From: Nostoc sp.
Lineage (GTDB): Bacteria; Cyanobacteriota; Cyanobacteriia; Cyanobacteriales; Nostocaceae
Length of the DNA stretch: 64,000 bases
Direction: 5' to 3'
NCBI GenBank assembly: GCA_036918135.1
Contig: JBALDB010000011.1
Coordinates: forward strand, 160,001-224,000
In this document: positions 9,690-21,210 of the stretch, in pieces
How the letters are laid out: every line of letters starts with the position of its first letter
Numbering within the stretch: the first letter of the stretch is position 1
Position numbers and translations under genes: made by a program
The notes under the pieces: generated by a model
Database searches by the model: none
What the model was told of the DNA's origin: nothing
Seen by the model: the letters and a program-made list of their open reading frames with translations, nothing else

Positions 9690-10979
9690 ATGGTTTTACC
9701 TCTGTTGATAAACACTTGCGATCCAAAAGCAGAAGAAGGAGCAGGAGATGCACGTGCAGCTTATAGATTACATCAGGGACTACTTAAGTTAGGAATTAAT
9801 TCCCAGATGTTAGTCCAAGATAAGAAAATTGACGATCCAACTGTAATCGCTTACCCCAAAAAATTAGGCCAAATAATATCGAAAGTTCGTCCTTCTTTGG
9901 ATGCTTTACCGCTAAAACTTTATGGTCATAGCAAACGCAATCCTATATATATGCGCTTACAGTGGCTCCCCAATAATCTTACCTCGCAGATTGCTACTCT
10001 TAATCCAGATATTATTAATCTCCATTGGATATGTGACGGATTTGTGCCAATTGAAGCTCTGGCAAGGTTTAATAAACCTATTGTTTGGACATTCCATGAT
10101 TTGTGGGCATTCACTGGGGGATGCTGCTATAGCAAAGAGTGCGATGGCTATACAAAATCCTGTGGAAATTGTCCTCTACTCGGTACTAACCAAGCTTCTG
10201 ATTTATCGAGTTGGGTTTGGAGGCGCAAAGCTAAAGCATGGCAAAATCTCAAACTGACGATTGTCACCCCCAGCAAGTGGCTTGCTGAATGTGCTCAGTC
10301 GAGTTCACTATTTCAAAATAGTCAGATCAAAGTTATTCCCAACGGGTTAGATACTGGTATATATAAACCAATTGAGCGTCAAACTGCAAGAAACTTACTT
10401 AATCTACCGCAAAATAAGCAACTGCTTTTATTCGGAGCAATCAGCCCAACTAGCAATCAGAGGAAAGGATTCCATTTGCTACAACCAGCGTTACAAAAGT
10501 TAAACCAAGCTAGGTGGAAAGACAAGATAGAACTGATTGTTTTCGGTACATCTCAACCTGAAAATCCAACTGAGCTTGGTTTTCAAACTCACTACTTAGG
10601 TAGATTGAACGATGATATATCACTGGCAGTAGTCTATTCAGCGGCAGATGTTTTTGTAGCACCTTCTATTCAAGAGAACTTGGCAAACACTGTGATAGAG
10701 GCAATCGCCTGTGGGATACCATGCGTTAGCTTCAACATTGGCGGTATGCCCGACATAATTGAGCATCAAAAAAATGGCTATTTAGCTCAACCTTATCAAA
10801 TTGAAGATTTGGCTCAAGGAATTGCTTGGGTAATAGAGAACAACGAGCGACATCAAAAGCTCTGTGAGCGCGCTCGTGAGCAAGCCGAACAAAAATTTAA
10901 TTTGGAACTAATTACACGTTCTTACTTGTCTGTGTATGAAGAAGCACGCACACAATTTAGTTCAGCTATAGGGACTTAA
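9690..10979 (+). CDS. Glycosyltransferase family 4 (WcaC-like)
   Basis: INLHW, WTFHDLWAFTGGC, RKG, ENLANTVIEAIACG. Confidence 0.92.
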   Translation: MVLPLLINTCDPKAEEGAGDARAAYRLHQGLLKLGINSQMLVQDKKIDDPTVIAYPKKLGQIISKVRPSLDALPLKLYGHSKRNPIYMRLQWLPNNLTSQIATLNPDIINLHWICDGFVPIEALARFNKPIVWTFHDLWAFTGGCCYSKECDGYTKSCGNCPLLGTNQASDLSSWVWRRKAKAWQNLKLTIVTPSKWLAECAQSSSLFQNSQIKVIPNGLDTGIYKPIERQTARNLLNLPQNKQLLLFGAISPTSNQRKGFHLLQPALQKLNQARWKDKIELIVFGTSQPENPTELGFQTHYLGRLNDDISLAVVYSAADVFVAPSIQENLANTVIEAIACGIPCVSFNIGGMPDIIEHQKNGYLAQPYQIEDLAQGIAWVIENNERHQKLCERAREQAEQKFNLELITRSYLSVYEEARTQFSSAIGT

Positions 10980-11175
10980 CGACCTTGAGAGCGAACGTCC
11001 TTGCCGTCAAGAGCCTTGAGTCACTGCACATCTATCTAACTCTACATCCAGAAATTCGCTCACTTGTATGTTGAAACAGCCAAATATTTCTACTAGATGT
11101 TAATACTATATTCTTTTTTTACTTTATACACTGTATAAATGCTAGAATCCTCAGGTAGACAGTTAGGATATCTAG

Positions 11176-12612
11176 ATGGCAGTTGTAGCTAACTCAATCA
11201 AGTTTGGTACAGACGGCTGGCGGGGCGTAATTGGAGATGAGTTCACCTTTGAACGCCTAGCCCTAGTCGCGCCAGTCGCTGCAAAAGTACTATATAATAC
11301 ATACCATTCTACGGTGGGTAGCCGGATAATAATTGTCGGTTACGATCGCCGATTTATGGCGGAAGATTTTGCTCGTGCTGTCGCCGATGCTGTCACCGCT
11401 GTCGGATTTGATGTTTTACTCAGTGAAACCTATGCCCCAACCCCAGCTTTTAGTTGGGCAGCAAAACAACTCAATGCCTTAGGGGCACTAGTAATTACAG
11501 CCAGTCATAATCCAGGTACATATTTAGGATTAAAAGTCAAGGGTTATTTTGGCGGCTCGGTGTCGCCAGAAGTCACAAAGGAGATAGAAGCACTGTTACC
11601 CGAAGGAGTACCATCCGCAGCAACCCCAGGCAAGCAAGAGAAATTCAATCCTTGGCCGAGTTACACCCAAGCACTAGAACGTAAAGTTGATATTGCCAAG
11701 ATTAGAGAAGCGATCGCCTCTGGTAAACTGACGGTATTTGCCGATGTCATGCATGGCGCTGCGGCTGGCGGATTGGCAAAACTATTAGGGGATAAGGTTA
11801 AAGAAATCAACAGCGAACGCGATCCCCTGTTCGGTGGCGGTGCGCCGGAACCCTTACCAAAATACCTTTCCAAACTATTTGAAATTATCAAAACTCACCG
11901 AGAAACAAATAAATCAAGTTTATCTGTAGGATTAGTATTTGATGGAGACTGCGATCGGATCGCGGCTGTAAACGGGGAAGCCAACTTCTTGAGTTCTCAA
12001 GTGTTAATTCCGATATTAATCGACCATTTAACCCTGCGGCGAGGCTTTAAGGGTGAAATAGTCAAAACTGTCAGTGGTTCTGACTTGATGCCCCTTGTGG
12101 CAGCACTACATAACCTGTCAGTATTTGAGACAGCAGTTGGTTATAAATACATTGCTGACAGAATGTTAGCAGCAGAAGTTTTATTGGGTGGCGAAGAGTC
12201 GGGAGGAATTGGCTATGGCAGTCATATTCCCGAACGTGATGCCCTGCTGTCAGCATTGTATGTCCTAGAGGCGATTGTAGAATCAGGTTTGGATTTGGGT
12301 GAATATTATCGCCACTTACAGCAACAGACAGGATTTAACTCAGCATACGATCGCATTGATTTACCCTTAGCCAGTATGGAAGTGCGATCGCGTCTTTTAC
12401 AACAACTGCAAACCACACCCTTAACAGAAATTGCTGGAAAAGCAGTGATTGATTGCCAGACAATTGACGGCTACAAATACCGTCTTGCTGACAAAAGCTG
12501 GTTAATGATTCGCTTTAGCGGAACTGAGCCAGTTTTACGCCTTTACTGTGAAGCCCCAACCCTTGAGCAAGTGCATCAAACTCTTGCTTGGGCAAAACAG
12601 TGGGCGGAGTAA
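11176..12612 (+). CDS. Phosphoglucomutase/phosphomannomutase family protein
   Basis: FGTDGWRG, TASHNP, FDGDCDR, GGEESGG, RFSGTEP. Confidence 0.95.
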   Translation: MAVVANSIKFGTDGWRGVIGDEFTFERLALVAPVAAKVLYNTYHSTVGSRIIIVGYDRRFMAEDFARAVADAVTAVGFDVLLSETYAPTPAFSWAAKQLNALGALVITASHNPGTYLGLKVKGYFGGSVSPEVTKEIEALLPEGVPSAATPGKQEKFNPWPSYTQALERKVDIAKIREAIASGKLTVFADVMHGAAAGGLAKLLGDKVKEINSERDPLFGGGAPEPLPKYLSKLFEIIKTHRETNKSSLSVGLVFDGDCDRIAAVNGEANFLSSQVLIPILIDHLTLRRGFKGEIVKTVSGSDLMPLVAALHNLSVFETAVGYKYIADRMLAAEVLLGGEESGGIGYGSHIPERDALLSALYVLEAIVESGLDLGEYYRHLQQQTGFNSAYDRIDLPLASMEVRSRLLQQLQTTPLTEIAGKAVIDCQTIDGYKYRLADKSWLMIRFSGTEPVLRLYCEAPTLEQVHQTLAWAKQWAE

Positions 12613-12614
12613 AA

Positions 12615-12706
12615 TTAGTTATTAGTCATTTGTCTTTTGTCCTTTGTCCTTGGTAAATGACCAATGACTAAATGACTAATGACCAATGACCAATGACTAA
12701 CAACTA
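12615..12706. repeat. STRR-type heptamer repeats (TGACCAA/TGACTAA and complement)
   Basis: ttagtca-tttgtc... followed by aatgacc/aatgact tandem units in inverted arrangement. Confidence 0.8.
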
Positions 12707-13294
12707 ATGACCAAATTACTCGTAGTAGCTACAGGAAATCCAGGTAAGTTGCGGGAAATGCAAGCTTACTTGACAAATTCTGGTTGGGAATTAACCCTCA
12801 AACCTGAAGAATTAGATATTGAAGAGACGGGCGAAACTTTTGCCGCTAACGCTTGTCTAAAAGCATCACAAATTGCTAAAGCTACAGGAAACTGGGCAAT
12901 TGCTGATGATTCGGGCTTGGAAGTAGATGCCTTAAATGGCGCACCAGGTGTCTATTCGGCACGCTACGCCAAAACTGACTCAGAACGCATTGCTAGGGTA
13001 TTGAGGGAATTAGGCAACGAGGTAAATCGCCAAGCTCAATTTGTTTGTGCAGTAGCCATCGCTCGTCCTGATGGGGCGATAACATTACAATCTGAAGGTA
13101 TTTGTCGTGGCGAAATTCTTCATGCACCTCGTGGTGATGGTGGATTTGGCTATGACCCAATTTTTTATGTGCAAGAGTTGCAATTGACCTTTGCCGAAAT
13201 GACACCAGAGTTAAAGGGGTCAATCAGCCATCGAGGCAAGGCTTTTGCTGCTTTACTTCCTCAACTATACACATTGTCTAGTCCTGAGTCCTGA
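12707..13294 (+). CDS. rdgB: Non-canonical purine NTP pyrophosphatase RdgB/HAM1
   Basis: ATGNPGK, ADDSGL, GAPGVYSARY, GFGYDPIF, SHRGKA. Confidence 0.95.
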   Translation: MTKLLVVATGNPGKLREMQAYLTNSGWELTLKPEELDIEETGETFAANACLKASQIAKATGNWAIADDSGLEVDALNGAPGVYSARYAKTDSERIARVLRELGNEVNRQAQFVCAVAIARPDGAITLQSEGICRGEILHAPRGDGGFGYDPIFYVQELQLTFAEMTPELKGSISHRGKAFAALLPQLYTLSSPES

Positions 13295-13347
13295 GTCAGG
13301 GAGAAGATAATTCGATTATTAATGATTTTAAGTTAATTGAACAAGAC

Positions 13348-14064
13348 TTGGGACTTAGAGAGAAAGATGCATTCAAAATCCAACAAAAAACTATTGCTAA
13401 ACGTGAAGCAGGATTTTTAATATCTTTGGCTACTAGCATTTTTGAGAAGCTTGAATTTGACCAATATTTTATTAAAAGTAAAGGTATATCTCCTCCGTAT
13501 GTAGCTTATAAATTCAAGCAACCTAGAGAAACCAATGAATTTTATCAACTTGTTTTACTTCAGCGAAATGATGGTCTAGATATTTATATTCTTAAAGAGA
13601 TTTTGAATATTGGTTTATTAAAAATAAAGTCTTGGGAATATGACGAATTTACAGAAGAAGCAGAGGCTTTTACAAAAGGTGTTTTTTGGATATTACCTAG
13701 TAAAATTGATATCTTTTTAGATTCACTTCACCCTGTGTACGCAGATTTATTTAAAGGTAAAGTACAAGGTGATTGTTCGCTGAATCGAGTTTACGAGGAT
13801 GAATATAGAAATGCAGAATACACTGAGCCTAAATTTTCCTTAGTTGAATTTCCCTTTGAGATAATGAGTAACAGAAGAGATAGCTATTTGGTAGTTAGTG
13901 ACAATGAACTTTTTACCAATACTTGGAAAATATCTATTAGATATCGCGAAGTACTAAAAGAGGTTATTGATTATTTATTCCAGCAAATGACAATACAAGG
14001 TTTATTACAGCCACTTTCCAGTCCTATTGGTAACACTGAAAATCCACCTATGAGTAGTAGTTGA
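13348..14064 (+). CDS. Hypothetical protein, AT-rich
   Basis: 238-aa open frame with no recognised motif; TTG start uncertain. Confidence 0.6.
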   Translation: MGLREKDAFKIQQKTIAKREAGFLISLATSIFEKLEFDQYFIKSKGISPPYVAYKFKQPRETNEFYQLVLLQRNDGLDIYILKEILNIGLLKIKSWEYDEFTEEAEAFTKGVFWILPSKIDIFLDSLHPVYADLFKGKVQGDCSLNRVYEDEYRNAEYTEPKFSLVEFPFEIMSNRRDSYLVVSDNELFTNTWKISIRYREVLKEVIDYLFQQMTIQGLLQPLSSPIGNTENPPMSSS

Positions 14065-14341
14065 ACGAATAATGTATGCCAAGGAATCTCATTGAAGCCC
14101 AACCCTGTAATCAGATTGCATAGCATTAGTATGTGAAAATATAAACCATAAAAGAGAAAGCGCAACTAAGTAAAAAACTTTCGTTGGTATTTATTACTTT
14201 TTTATATCTATTTCAAAGTCAATAAAAGGCGTTGCTGATTTAAGAAATGAAAAACTATCTCAAAGTTAACATTTTCGGTATCTTTCATCCTACTTTCAGC
14301 AAGCCCCACCATACTGCCATTAAGTACTCAGTATTGAGTAC

Positions 14342-14701
<360 letters not shown>

Positions 14702-15038
14702 CTAGCTTCGTTTATCTATCTAACCAGATCTATTGTCTGAAACTGTAACTAGTAGCGCCTTTGCTAAAACATATGTAATAATTGCCACTTTTTCAAATTG
14801 TAGATGCTTGGTGTGAGTGCTTTTGAAGCCATAAACAGCCTAGATGAAGTAATTCGATAATCTTGAACTCGTAACATGCAGAAATTGCTGTCAAACTAGC
14901 ATTTTTTTTATGTGGTTTTTGTGACCTGAAAATAGATAAATTTTGCTATTGAGTAGATCCGCTTAAATGTTCAAAACAGCGATGAAAGACAAATTTGACT
15001 AGACCTACGAAGGTTGCTGCTGATTGTGGGAGTGTTAA

Positions 15039-15620
15039 CTAACGTTTTTGATGTTCAAACAAAGGACGCACAATTAAATACCCAGCAGTGAAGGCAGTAA
15101 GCATAATTAACAAGATGGTAATAATTAACCACCAGCCGCTAACTTCCTTGGCATCTGGCTTAGTAGTAGAATAATAACTTACTTCTTGTTCTTCTATAAA
15201 AACTGGTTGTGGTATCGAAAAATTCTCGATTACAGGTGTAGAAAACTCCTGGCGTCTTTTTTGAGGTGGACGCGGACGAGAAACCTGTTGAGGTGGAGGC
15301 GCTTGTGTTACTTGCTGCTTGGCGGCGCTTTTAACTTTGCCAGAAGCTTGGGAAACCTGCTGTTCAGTAAAAATTGCATAGGAATCTACAAAATTTTGCA
15401 AGTGTGAAAAAGACTCAACGACTTTGGTAATTTCTTGGCGTAGTAGTTGATTTTCTTGTACTAATTGCTGATTTTTCGTGGTAAGTGCATCTAGCCTTGC
15501 TTGAGTTGCTTGCAACTCCATTGACAATTCCCGGTATACAGATAGTGGTACAGAGGGAGGGTACGCTTGACTAGTCTGTGTTGACGAATTCCTGTGAACA
15601 GAACCTGTGGTTGTTCGCAT
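15039..15620 (-). CDS. Hypothetical coiled-coil protein with C-terminal TM helix
   Basis: PSVPLSVYREL plus heptad region, Pro/Gln linker, C-terminal hydrophobic helix. Confidence 0.8.
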   Translation of the reverse strand: MRTTTGSVHRNSSTQTSQAYPPSVPLSVYRELSMELQATQARLDALTTKNQQLVQENQLLRQEITKVVESFSHLQNFVDSYAIFTEQQVSQASGKVKSAAKQQVTQAPPPQQVSRPRPPQKRRQEFSTPVIENFSIPQPVFIEEQEVSYYSTTKPDAKEVSGWWLIITILLIMLTAFTAGYLIVRPLFEHQKR

Positions 15621-15795
15621 TGGGGCTTGGTATTAATAAAAATCAAAGTGATTAGATTGTACAGAGATGCTAACAGAGATAGTCAGCCCTGAAACTATGC
15701 CCAAGAATAATAGAAAAATGCCGAGACGGCAAAGATTTTTTATTGGAGACTGGGTATTAGGTAATAGGTATTGGGAATTGGATATTAGAAAGTTC

Positions 15796-16629
15796 CTAGT
15801 CCTTAGCCTTCAGTTCCCATAATGGAAAGAAATGTCCCACAGGCCCTTGTCCTTCGCCAATATCTAGGGCGTAAGTCAATGCGGTAGTTACATACTCCTT
15901 TGCCTGTTGCACTGCCTGCCACAAATTCTTTCCCTTTGCCAGATTAGCAGCGATCGCAGCTGATAGCGTACAACCAGTACCGTGGGTATTCGTTGTCTCT
16001 ACTTGCTTTGTAGTTAGAACCTCCAACTTTTCCCCATCAAACCAAATATCAACACCACACAAATCACCTTGCATACCTCCACCCTTGACTAAAACAGCCT
16101 TTGTCCGTAAAGTCTTGTAAATAATTTCAGCAGCGGTTTGCATATCCTTTAAGGAATGAATTTGTAAACCGCTCAAAATTTGGGCTTCGTAGCGATTAGG
16201 CGTGATAATAGCTGCTTTGGGGATAAGGGCATGGCACAGAGTCTTCACGGCATCATCATCAATCAATTGTGCCCCACTACGTGACACCATTACTGGATCT
16301 ACTACTAGATTATCAATTTGTAAAGCTTCTACTTGCTGGGCGACAGCAAAGATAATTTCCTGATTCAGCAACATTCCCGTTTTGGCAGCTTGTACGCCAA
16401 TATCTTCAACCACTGCCTGAATTTGCGCCACAACCGCTTCTGTTGGCATGGCATCAACCCTCATTACTCCGAGAGTGTTTTGTGCGGTGACGCAAGTTAT
16501 AGCGCTAGTACCGTGGACACAGTGAAAGGCAAAGGTGCGTAAATCAGCTTGAATTCCTGCACCGCCACCACTATCTGAACCAGCAATGGTTAAAGCAATA
16601 GGTATCTTGGATATAATTTCAGCATTCAT
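15796..16629 (-). CDS. thiD: Hydroxymethylpyrimidine/phosphomethylpyrimidine kinase
   Basis: TIAGSDSGGGAGIQADL, VTAQNT, DPVM, TPN, THGTGCT. Confidence 0.97.
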   Translation of the reverse strand: MNAEIISKIPIALTIAGSDSGGGAGIQADLRTFAFHCVHGTSAITCVTAQNTLGVMRVDAMPTEAVVAQIQAVVEDIGVQAAKTGMLLNQEIIFAVAQQVEALQIDNLVVDPVMVSRSGAQLIDDDAVKTLCHALIPKAAIITPNRYEAQILSGLQIHSLKDMQTAAEIIYKTLRTKAVLVKGGGMQGDLCGVDIWFDGEKLEVLTTKQVETTNTHGTGCTLSAAIAANLAKGKNLWQAVQQAKEYVTTALTYALDIGEGQGPVGHFFPLWELKAKD

Positions 16630-17473
16630 ATAACGAATTTAACTTACTGGAATCCAGTAGCAGCAATGGGTAAAGTAATCTGGAATATCATTTGATTAAA
16701 TTCTATCCAGTGCAAGGCGATCGCTCGGAGCGAGTTAAATTTTCTACTAACTCGATCAAATCCTTGCACAAAGCGCTTTTTACTTCCATGTTTGACTGCA
16801 AGTTAACAGGACTCCATCAGATACTTTCCATAAATTTCTTTCATTTGTTGTAAAAAATCTTACAAAAATCTGAGTATTTACTGATATCAATCACTGTTTG
16901 TGAAGGTTAGTCTAAATTGAGTTCACAAAACTTGCTTACACGGATTAAAACAGGTTTGACTAAGTTGTTAGATTAATCCCTTTATCTTAAGGGATGACCT
17001 GCTAAAGTTTGAAACAATCAGCTTTGACCACTGTAATTTTAAGTCCCCGGTTATCAGCTAGAGGTGCGCTTTCCCATGCCGTGGCAACTTTTGACCTCAG
17101 ACAACGGATAAAGTTCAGAGAAATTATATACCAAATACGATCGCCGTATTGAAATAAGGCATCAGCGATCGCAGTGCAGATCCGATTTGATTCGACTCCA
17201 AAGTGAGCGATTCATTTAGACATCCTCTAATCGTCCGATTACTCCCAACAACATCCTGACGATTGACGGTATCGACATCCCTGGTTTAACCATCAACGGT
17301 TAACAGGAGAAAAAATTTTCAGTTTGACAACAGCGCTTCTACCACCGACGCAATTTGAAGTTGCGATCGGACAACTGTGACTGTGCTCAATACTCTAACA
17401 CTAACTACTTAGCAAAGAACTGAGTCGCTAAGAGTCTACTACCAATTCCCTTACACATATTCGGAGTTAATCT

Positions 17474-20400
17474 ATGGCTGGCAAAGTATACTACGTTTCT
17501 GGAACAGGTAACGATAGCAATAATGGCTTGAAAGAAACAAGCGCGTTTCGCACCCTCCAAAAAGCCGCAGACTTAGTAAAAGCAGGCGACACGGTATACG
17601 TGATGAATGGTACTTACGAGCAAAGTAAATACCCTAATAACCCAGTCCTTGGTATCAATCAAAAACACGGCACCTCCTCAGCACCAATCACATTCGCGGC
17701 ATATCCTGGTCACAATCCTCTGATCAAATCAACGAATTTCCAAGCCATCAACATTGTCGGCTCCTCCTACATAGTAATTGAAGGTCTGACGATGGTCGGT
17801 GCCAACGACCAAATAACATTGAAGTATGCACAGTCTGAAGAATCAAACAAACTTAATCCCTTAACCAATGGAGCAGGGATTTATATCCAGCCAGATAAAC
17901 AAAATAATATTTCTCACCACATAGTAGTTCGGAACAACACTATTTCTAAATTTGGAAGTGCTGGAATTGGATCGAAAGAAGCTGATTATCTGACGATTGA
18001 AGGCAATACTGTTTCTGAAACATCCTGGTATAGTCCTTGGGGAACAAGTGGTATTAGTACTCTCAATAACCATAACTTAGATAACAATACTACTGACTAT
18101 AAAATAATCATTCGGAATAATACAGTTTACGACAATTACACTTACATTCCTTGGTGGGAAAGTGAGAGCGGAAAAGCCACTGAAGGTCATGGCATTATGA
18201 TTGATTCCGCTGATAGCTTGGGATTAGACGGAAAAGCTTATACCGGAAAAACATTAATTGCCAACAATACTTCTTACAACAATGGTGGCGCTGGTATCCA
18301 GGTATTTAAAAGTTCCAATGTCGATGTAGTCAACAACACGACTTACCAAAACTCACAACATCCCGATCTCCAAGATGCTGGTGAGATTTTGATTAGTGGT
18401 CCATCTACAAATGTAAACGTTGTAAATAACATTATGTATGCCAAAGATAATGGCCAATCATATGTTGTAGGTGGCTCAGCTAAAAACATCAAAGCCGACC
18501 ACAATTTGATTTACAACACTAATAAGTACAACAAAACAGGAACTAATTTGATTCTGGGTAAAGATCCGCAATTTGTTGATGCTGCAACTCATAATTTTGC
18601 ACTTAAACCAGGAAGTGTTGCGATTGATGGTGGTTCCAATGCCTTCAATAAAATAACTGGGAATACTCCCCATGATGGCGACGGTAATGGCATCGCAGTG
18701 ATTGATATTGGTGCATACGAAGCTCCAATCACTAAAATTCTCACTCCGGAAATTCAAGTTCTTGATGGCAAAGTTGACATTACAGATGGAAGTACAACTG
18801 CCATTAACTTTGGTGACGCCATTGTTGGCAATACTCTGACCAAAACCTTTACGATTCAGAATATCGGTGCAGCTGCACTCAATCTGAGTAATCTTAAACT
18901 CCCCGACGGATTTAGTTTAGTAGGAACTCTCCCCACTAGTGTGGCTGTGAATGCTTCCACCAACATTACAGTGGCACTCAATACTACGACACCTGGCACT
19001 TATGCTGGCAGTCTGATTTTAAGCAACAATGATAGCAATGAAAGCCCCTTTGACTTTGCCATTAGTGGCACAGTTAAACCTGTTCCCACTCCGGAAATTC
19101 AAGTTCTTAATGGCAAAGTTGACATTGCAGATGGAAGTACAACTGCCATCAACTTTGGTAAGACCACTGCTGGCAATACTCTGACCAAAACCTTTACGAT
19201 TAAAAATATCGGTACAGCTGCACTTAATCTAAGTAATCTTAAACTCCCCGACGGATTTAGTTTAGTGGGAACTCTCCCCACTAGTGTGGCTGCTAATGCT
19301 TCTACCAACATCACAGTGGCACTCAACACCACTACACCTGGCAGTTATGGTGGCAGTCTGATTTTAAGCAACAATGATAGCAATGAAAGCCCCTTTGACT
19401 TTGCGATTAGTGGCACAGTTAAACCCGCTCCCACTCCGGAAATTCAAGTTCTTAATGGCAAAGTTAACATTGCAGATGGAAGTACAACTGCCATCAACTT
19501 TGGTGAGGCTATTGTTGGCAATACTCTGAGCAAAACCTTTACGATTAAAAATACCGGTACAGCTGCACTTAATCTAAGTAATCTTAAACTCCCCGACGGA
19601 TTTAGTTTAGTGGGAACTCTCCCCACTAGTGTGGCTGCCAATGCTTCCACCAACATCACAGTGGCACTTAATACTACGACACCTGGCAGTTATGGTGGCA
19701 GTCTGATTTTAAGCAACAATGATAGCAATGAAAGCGCCTTTGACTTTGCGATTGGTGGCACAGTTAAACCCGCTCCCACTCCGGAAATTCAAGTTCTTAA
19801 TGGCAAAGTTGACATTGCAGATGGAAGTACAACTGCCATCAACTTTGGTGAGGCTATTGTTGGCAATACTCTGAGCAAAACCTTTACGATTAAAAATACC
19901 GGTACAGCTGCACTTAATCTAAGTAATCTTAAACTCCCCGACGGATTTAGTTTAGTGGGAACTCTCCCCACTAGTGTGGCTGCCAATGCTTCCACCAACA
20001 TCACAGTGGCACTTAATACTACGACACCTGGCAGTTATGGTGGCAGTCTGATTTTAAGCAACAATGATAGCAATGAAAGCGCCTTTGACTTTGCGATTGG
20101 TGGCACAGTTAAACCCGCTCCCACTCCAGAAATTCAAGTTCTTGATGGTACAGTTGATATTGCAGATGGCATGACCACCATTGACTTTGGCAACACCACT
20201 GTCGGTAAGACTCTGACCGAAACCTTTACGATTCAGAATATCGGTACAGCTGCACTCAATCTGAGTAATCTTGAGCTTCCCGATGGATTTAGTTTAGTGG
20301 GAACTTTGCCGACTAGTGTGGCTGTGAATGCTTCCACCAACATTACAGTGGCACTCAATACCGCTACACCTGGTACTTATGGTGGCAGTCTGATTTTAAG

Positions 20401-21034
20401 CAACAATGATAGCAACGAAAGCCCCTTTGACTTTGTCATTACTGGCACAGTTAAAGGTACTTCCACTCCGGAAATTCAGGTTCTCAATGGCACTGAGGGT
20501 TCTGAATATTTAAAAGGCAATGCCTCAGCTAACAAAATTTATGGTTTTGGAGGTAAAGACACCATTGTAGGTAATCTTGGAAATGACCAACTTTGGGGAG
20601 GTGATGGACAGGATACTCTCTGGGGACAAGATGGTGATGACCTACTCTACGGCGATAGTGGCAATGACCAGCTGCGGGGTGATAATGGTAATGATACCCT
20701 ATTTGGTGGTATCGGCGATGACCTGCTCTACGGTCGTGCGGGTGACGACTGGCTTTACGGCGGTAAAGGCAACGATGCACTCACCGGGGGTTATGGTACT
20801 GATACTTTTGTGTTGGCTTTGGGTGAGGGCACTGACTCCATTCTTGACTTTGAAGTAGATAAAGATAAGATTGCCCTCTCAGGAGGTCTCAAGTTTGGTC
20901 AATTACTGATACAGCAAAAAGGAAGTCAAGCCTTGATTGTAGATAGTTCTGAGAATCAAGTGTTAGCAAAGTTGGATAATGTGAATGCAAGTGTACTCTT
21001 GGCTCAGTCTTCTACGACTTTTATGACTATTTAG
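17474..21034 (+). CDS. Large surface/secreted protein: right-handed beta-helix + five Ig-like repeats + RTX Ca-binding repeats
   Basis: YYVSGTGND..RTLQKAA..AGDTVYVMNGTY start, Asn-ladder beta-helix ending IDIGAYE, five 114-115 aa repeats, C-terminal GGxGxD nonapeptides; no Sec signal. Confidence 0.9.
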   Translation: MAGKVYYVSGTGNDSNNGLKETSAFRTLQKAADLVKAGDTVYVMNGTYEQSKYPNNPVLGINQKHGTSSAPITFAAYPGHNPLIKSTNFQAINIVGSSYIVIEGLTMVGANDQITLKYAQSEESNKLNPLTNGAGIYIQPDKQNNISHHIVVRNNTISKFGSAGIGSKEADYLTIEGNTVSETSWYSPWGTSGISTLNNHNLDNNTTDYKIIIRNNTVYDNYTYIPWWESESGKATEGHGIMIDSADSLGLDGKAYTGKTLIANNTSYNNGGAGIQVFKSSNVDVVNNTTYQNSQHPDLQDAGEILISGPSTNVNVVNNIMYAKDNGQSYVVGGSAKNIKADHNLIYNTNKYNKTGTNLILGKDPQFVDAATHNFALKPGSVAIDGGSNAFNKITGNTPHDGDGNGIAVIDIGAYEAPITKILTPEIQVLDGKVDITDGSTTAINFGDAIVGNTLTKTFTIQNIGAAALNLSNLKLPDGFSLVGTLPTSVAVNASTNITVALNTTTPGTYAGSLILSNNDSNESPFDFAISGTVKPVPTPEIQVLNGKVDIADGSTTAINFGKTTAGNTLTKTFTIKNIGTAALNLSNLKLPDGFSLVGTLPTSVAANASTNITVALNTTTPGSYGGSLILSNNDSNESPFDFAISGTVKPAPTPEIQVLNGKVNIADGSTTAINFGEAIVGNTLSKTFTIKNTGTAALNLSNLKLPDGFSLVGTLPTSVAANASTNITVALNTTTPGSYGGSLILSNNDSNESAFDFAIGGTVKPAPTPEIQVLNGKVDIADGSTTAINFGEAIVGNTLSKTFTIKNTGTAALNLSNLKLPDGFSLVGTLPTSVAANASTNITVALNTTTPGSYGGSLILSNNDSNESAFDFAIGGTVKPAPTPEIQVLDGTVDIADGMTTIDFGNTTVGKTLTETFTIQNIGTAALNLSNLELPDGFSLVGTLPTSVAVNASTNITVALNTATPGTYGGSLILSNNDSNESPFDFVITGTVKGTSTPEIQVLNGTEGSEYLKGNASANKIYGFGGKDTIVGNLGNDQLWGGDGQDTLWGQDGDDLLYGDSGNDQLRGDNGNDTLFGGIGDDLLYGRAGDDWLYGGKGNDALTGGYGTDTFVLALGEGTDSILDFEVDKDKIALSGGLKFGQLLIQQKGSQALIVDSSENQVLAKLDNVNASVLLAQSSTTFMTI
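18743..20464 (+). repeat. Five tandem intragenic repeats of 345 bp (last 342 bp)
   Basis: ACTCC(G/A)GAAATTCA starts at 18743, 19088, 19433, 19778, 20123 and partially at 20465. Confidence 0.97.
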
Positions 21035-21108
21035 TTCTTTTTAATAACCAAGTGTTTTAAAGCAAATGTAAGACAATAATTAGACTAAGAAGGTTTAGTA
21101 TTAACCAG

Positions 21109-21155
21109 AAGAGGACAAGAGGAGGGATTTATTAAAGGTTGTCCCTTGTCCTCTT
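21109..21155. terminator. Hairpin downstream of the large surface protein gene
   Basis: AAGAGGACAAG ... CTTGTCCTCTT followed by GTCTTTT. Confidence 0.5.
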
Positions 21156-21210
21156 GTCTTTTCGATGACCAACTAAATTCTTTAATGGATTCTCTACATC
21201 CGATCCTTGC

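Noticed and set aside
19099..20004. Three similar minus-strand ORFs suggesting a repeated small gene or array
   Set aside because: Shadows of the 345-bp coding repeats; there are no unique spacers, so this is not a CRISPR array
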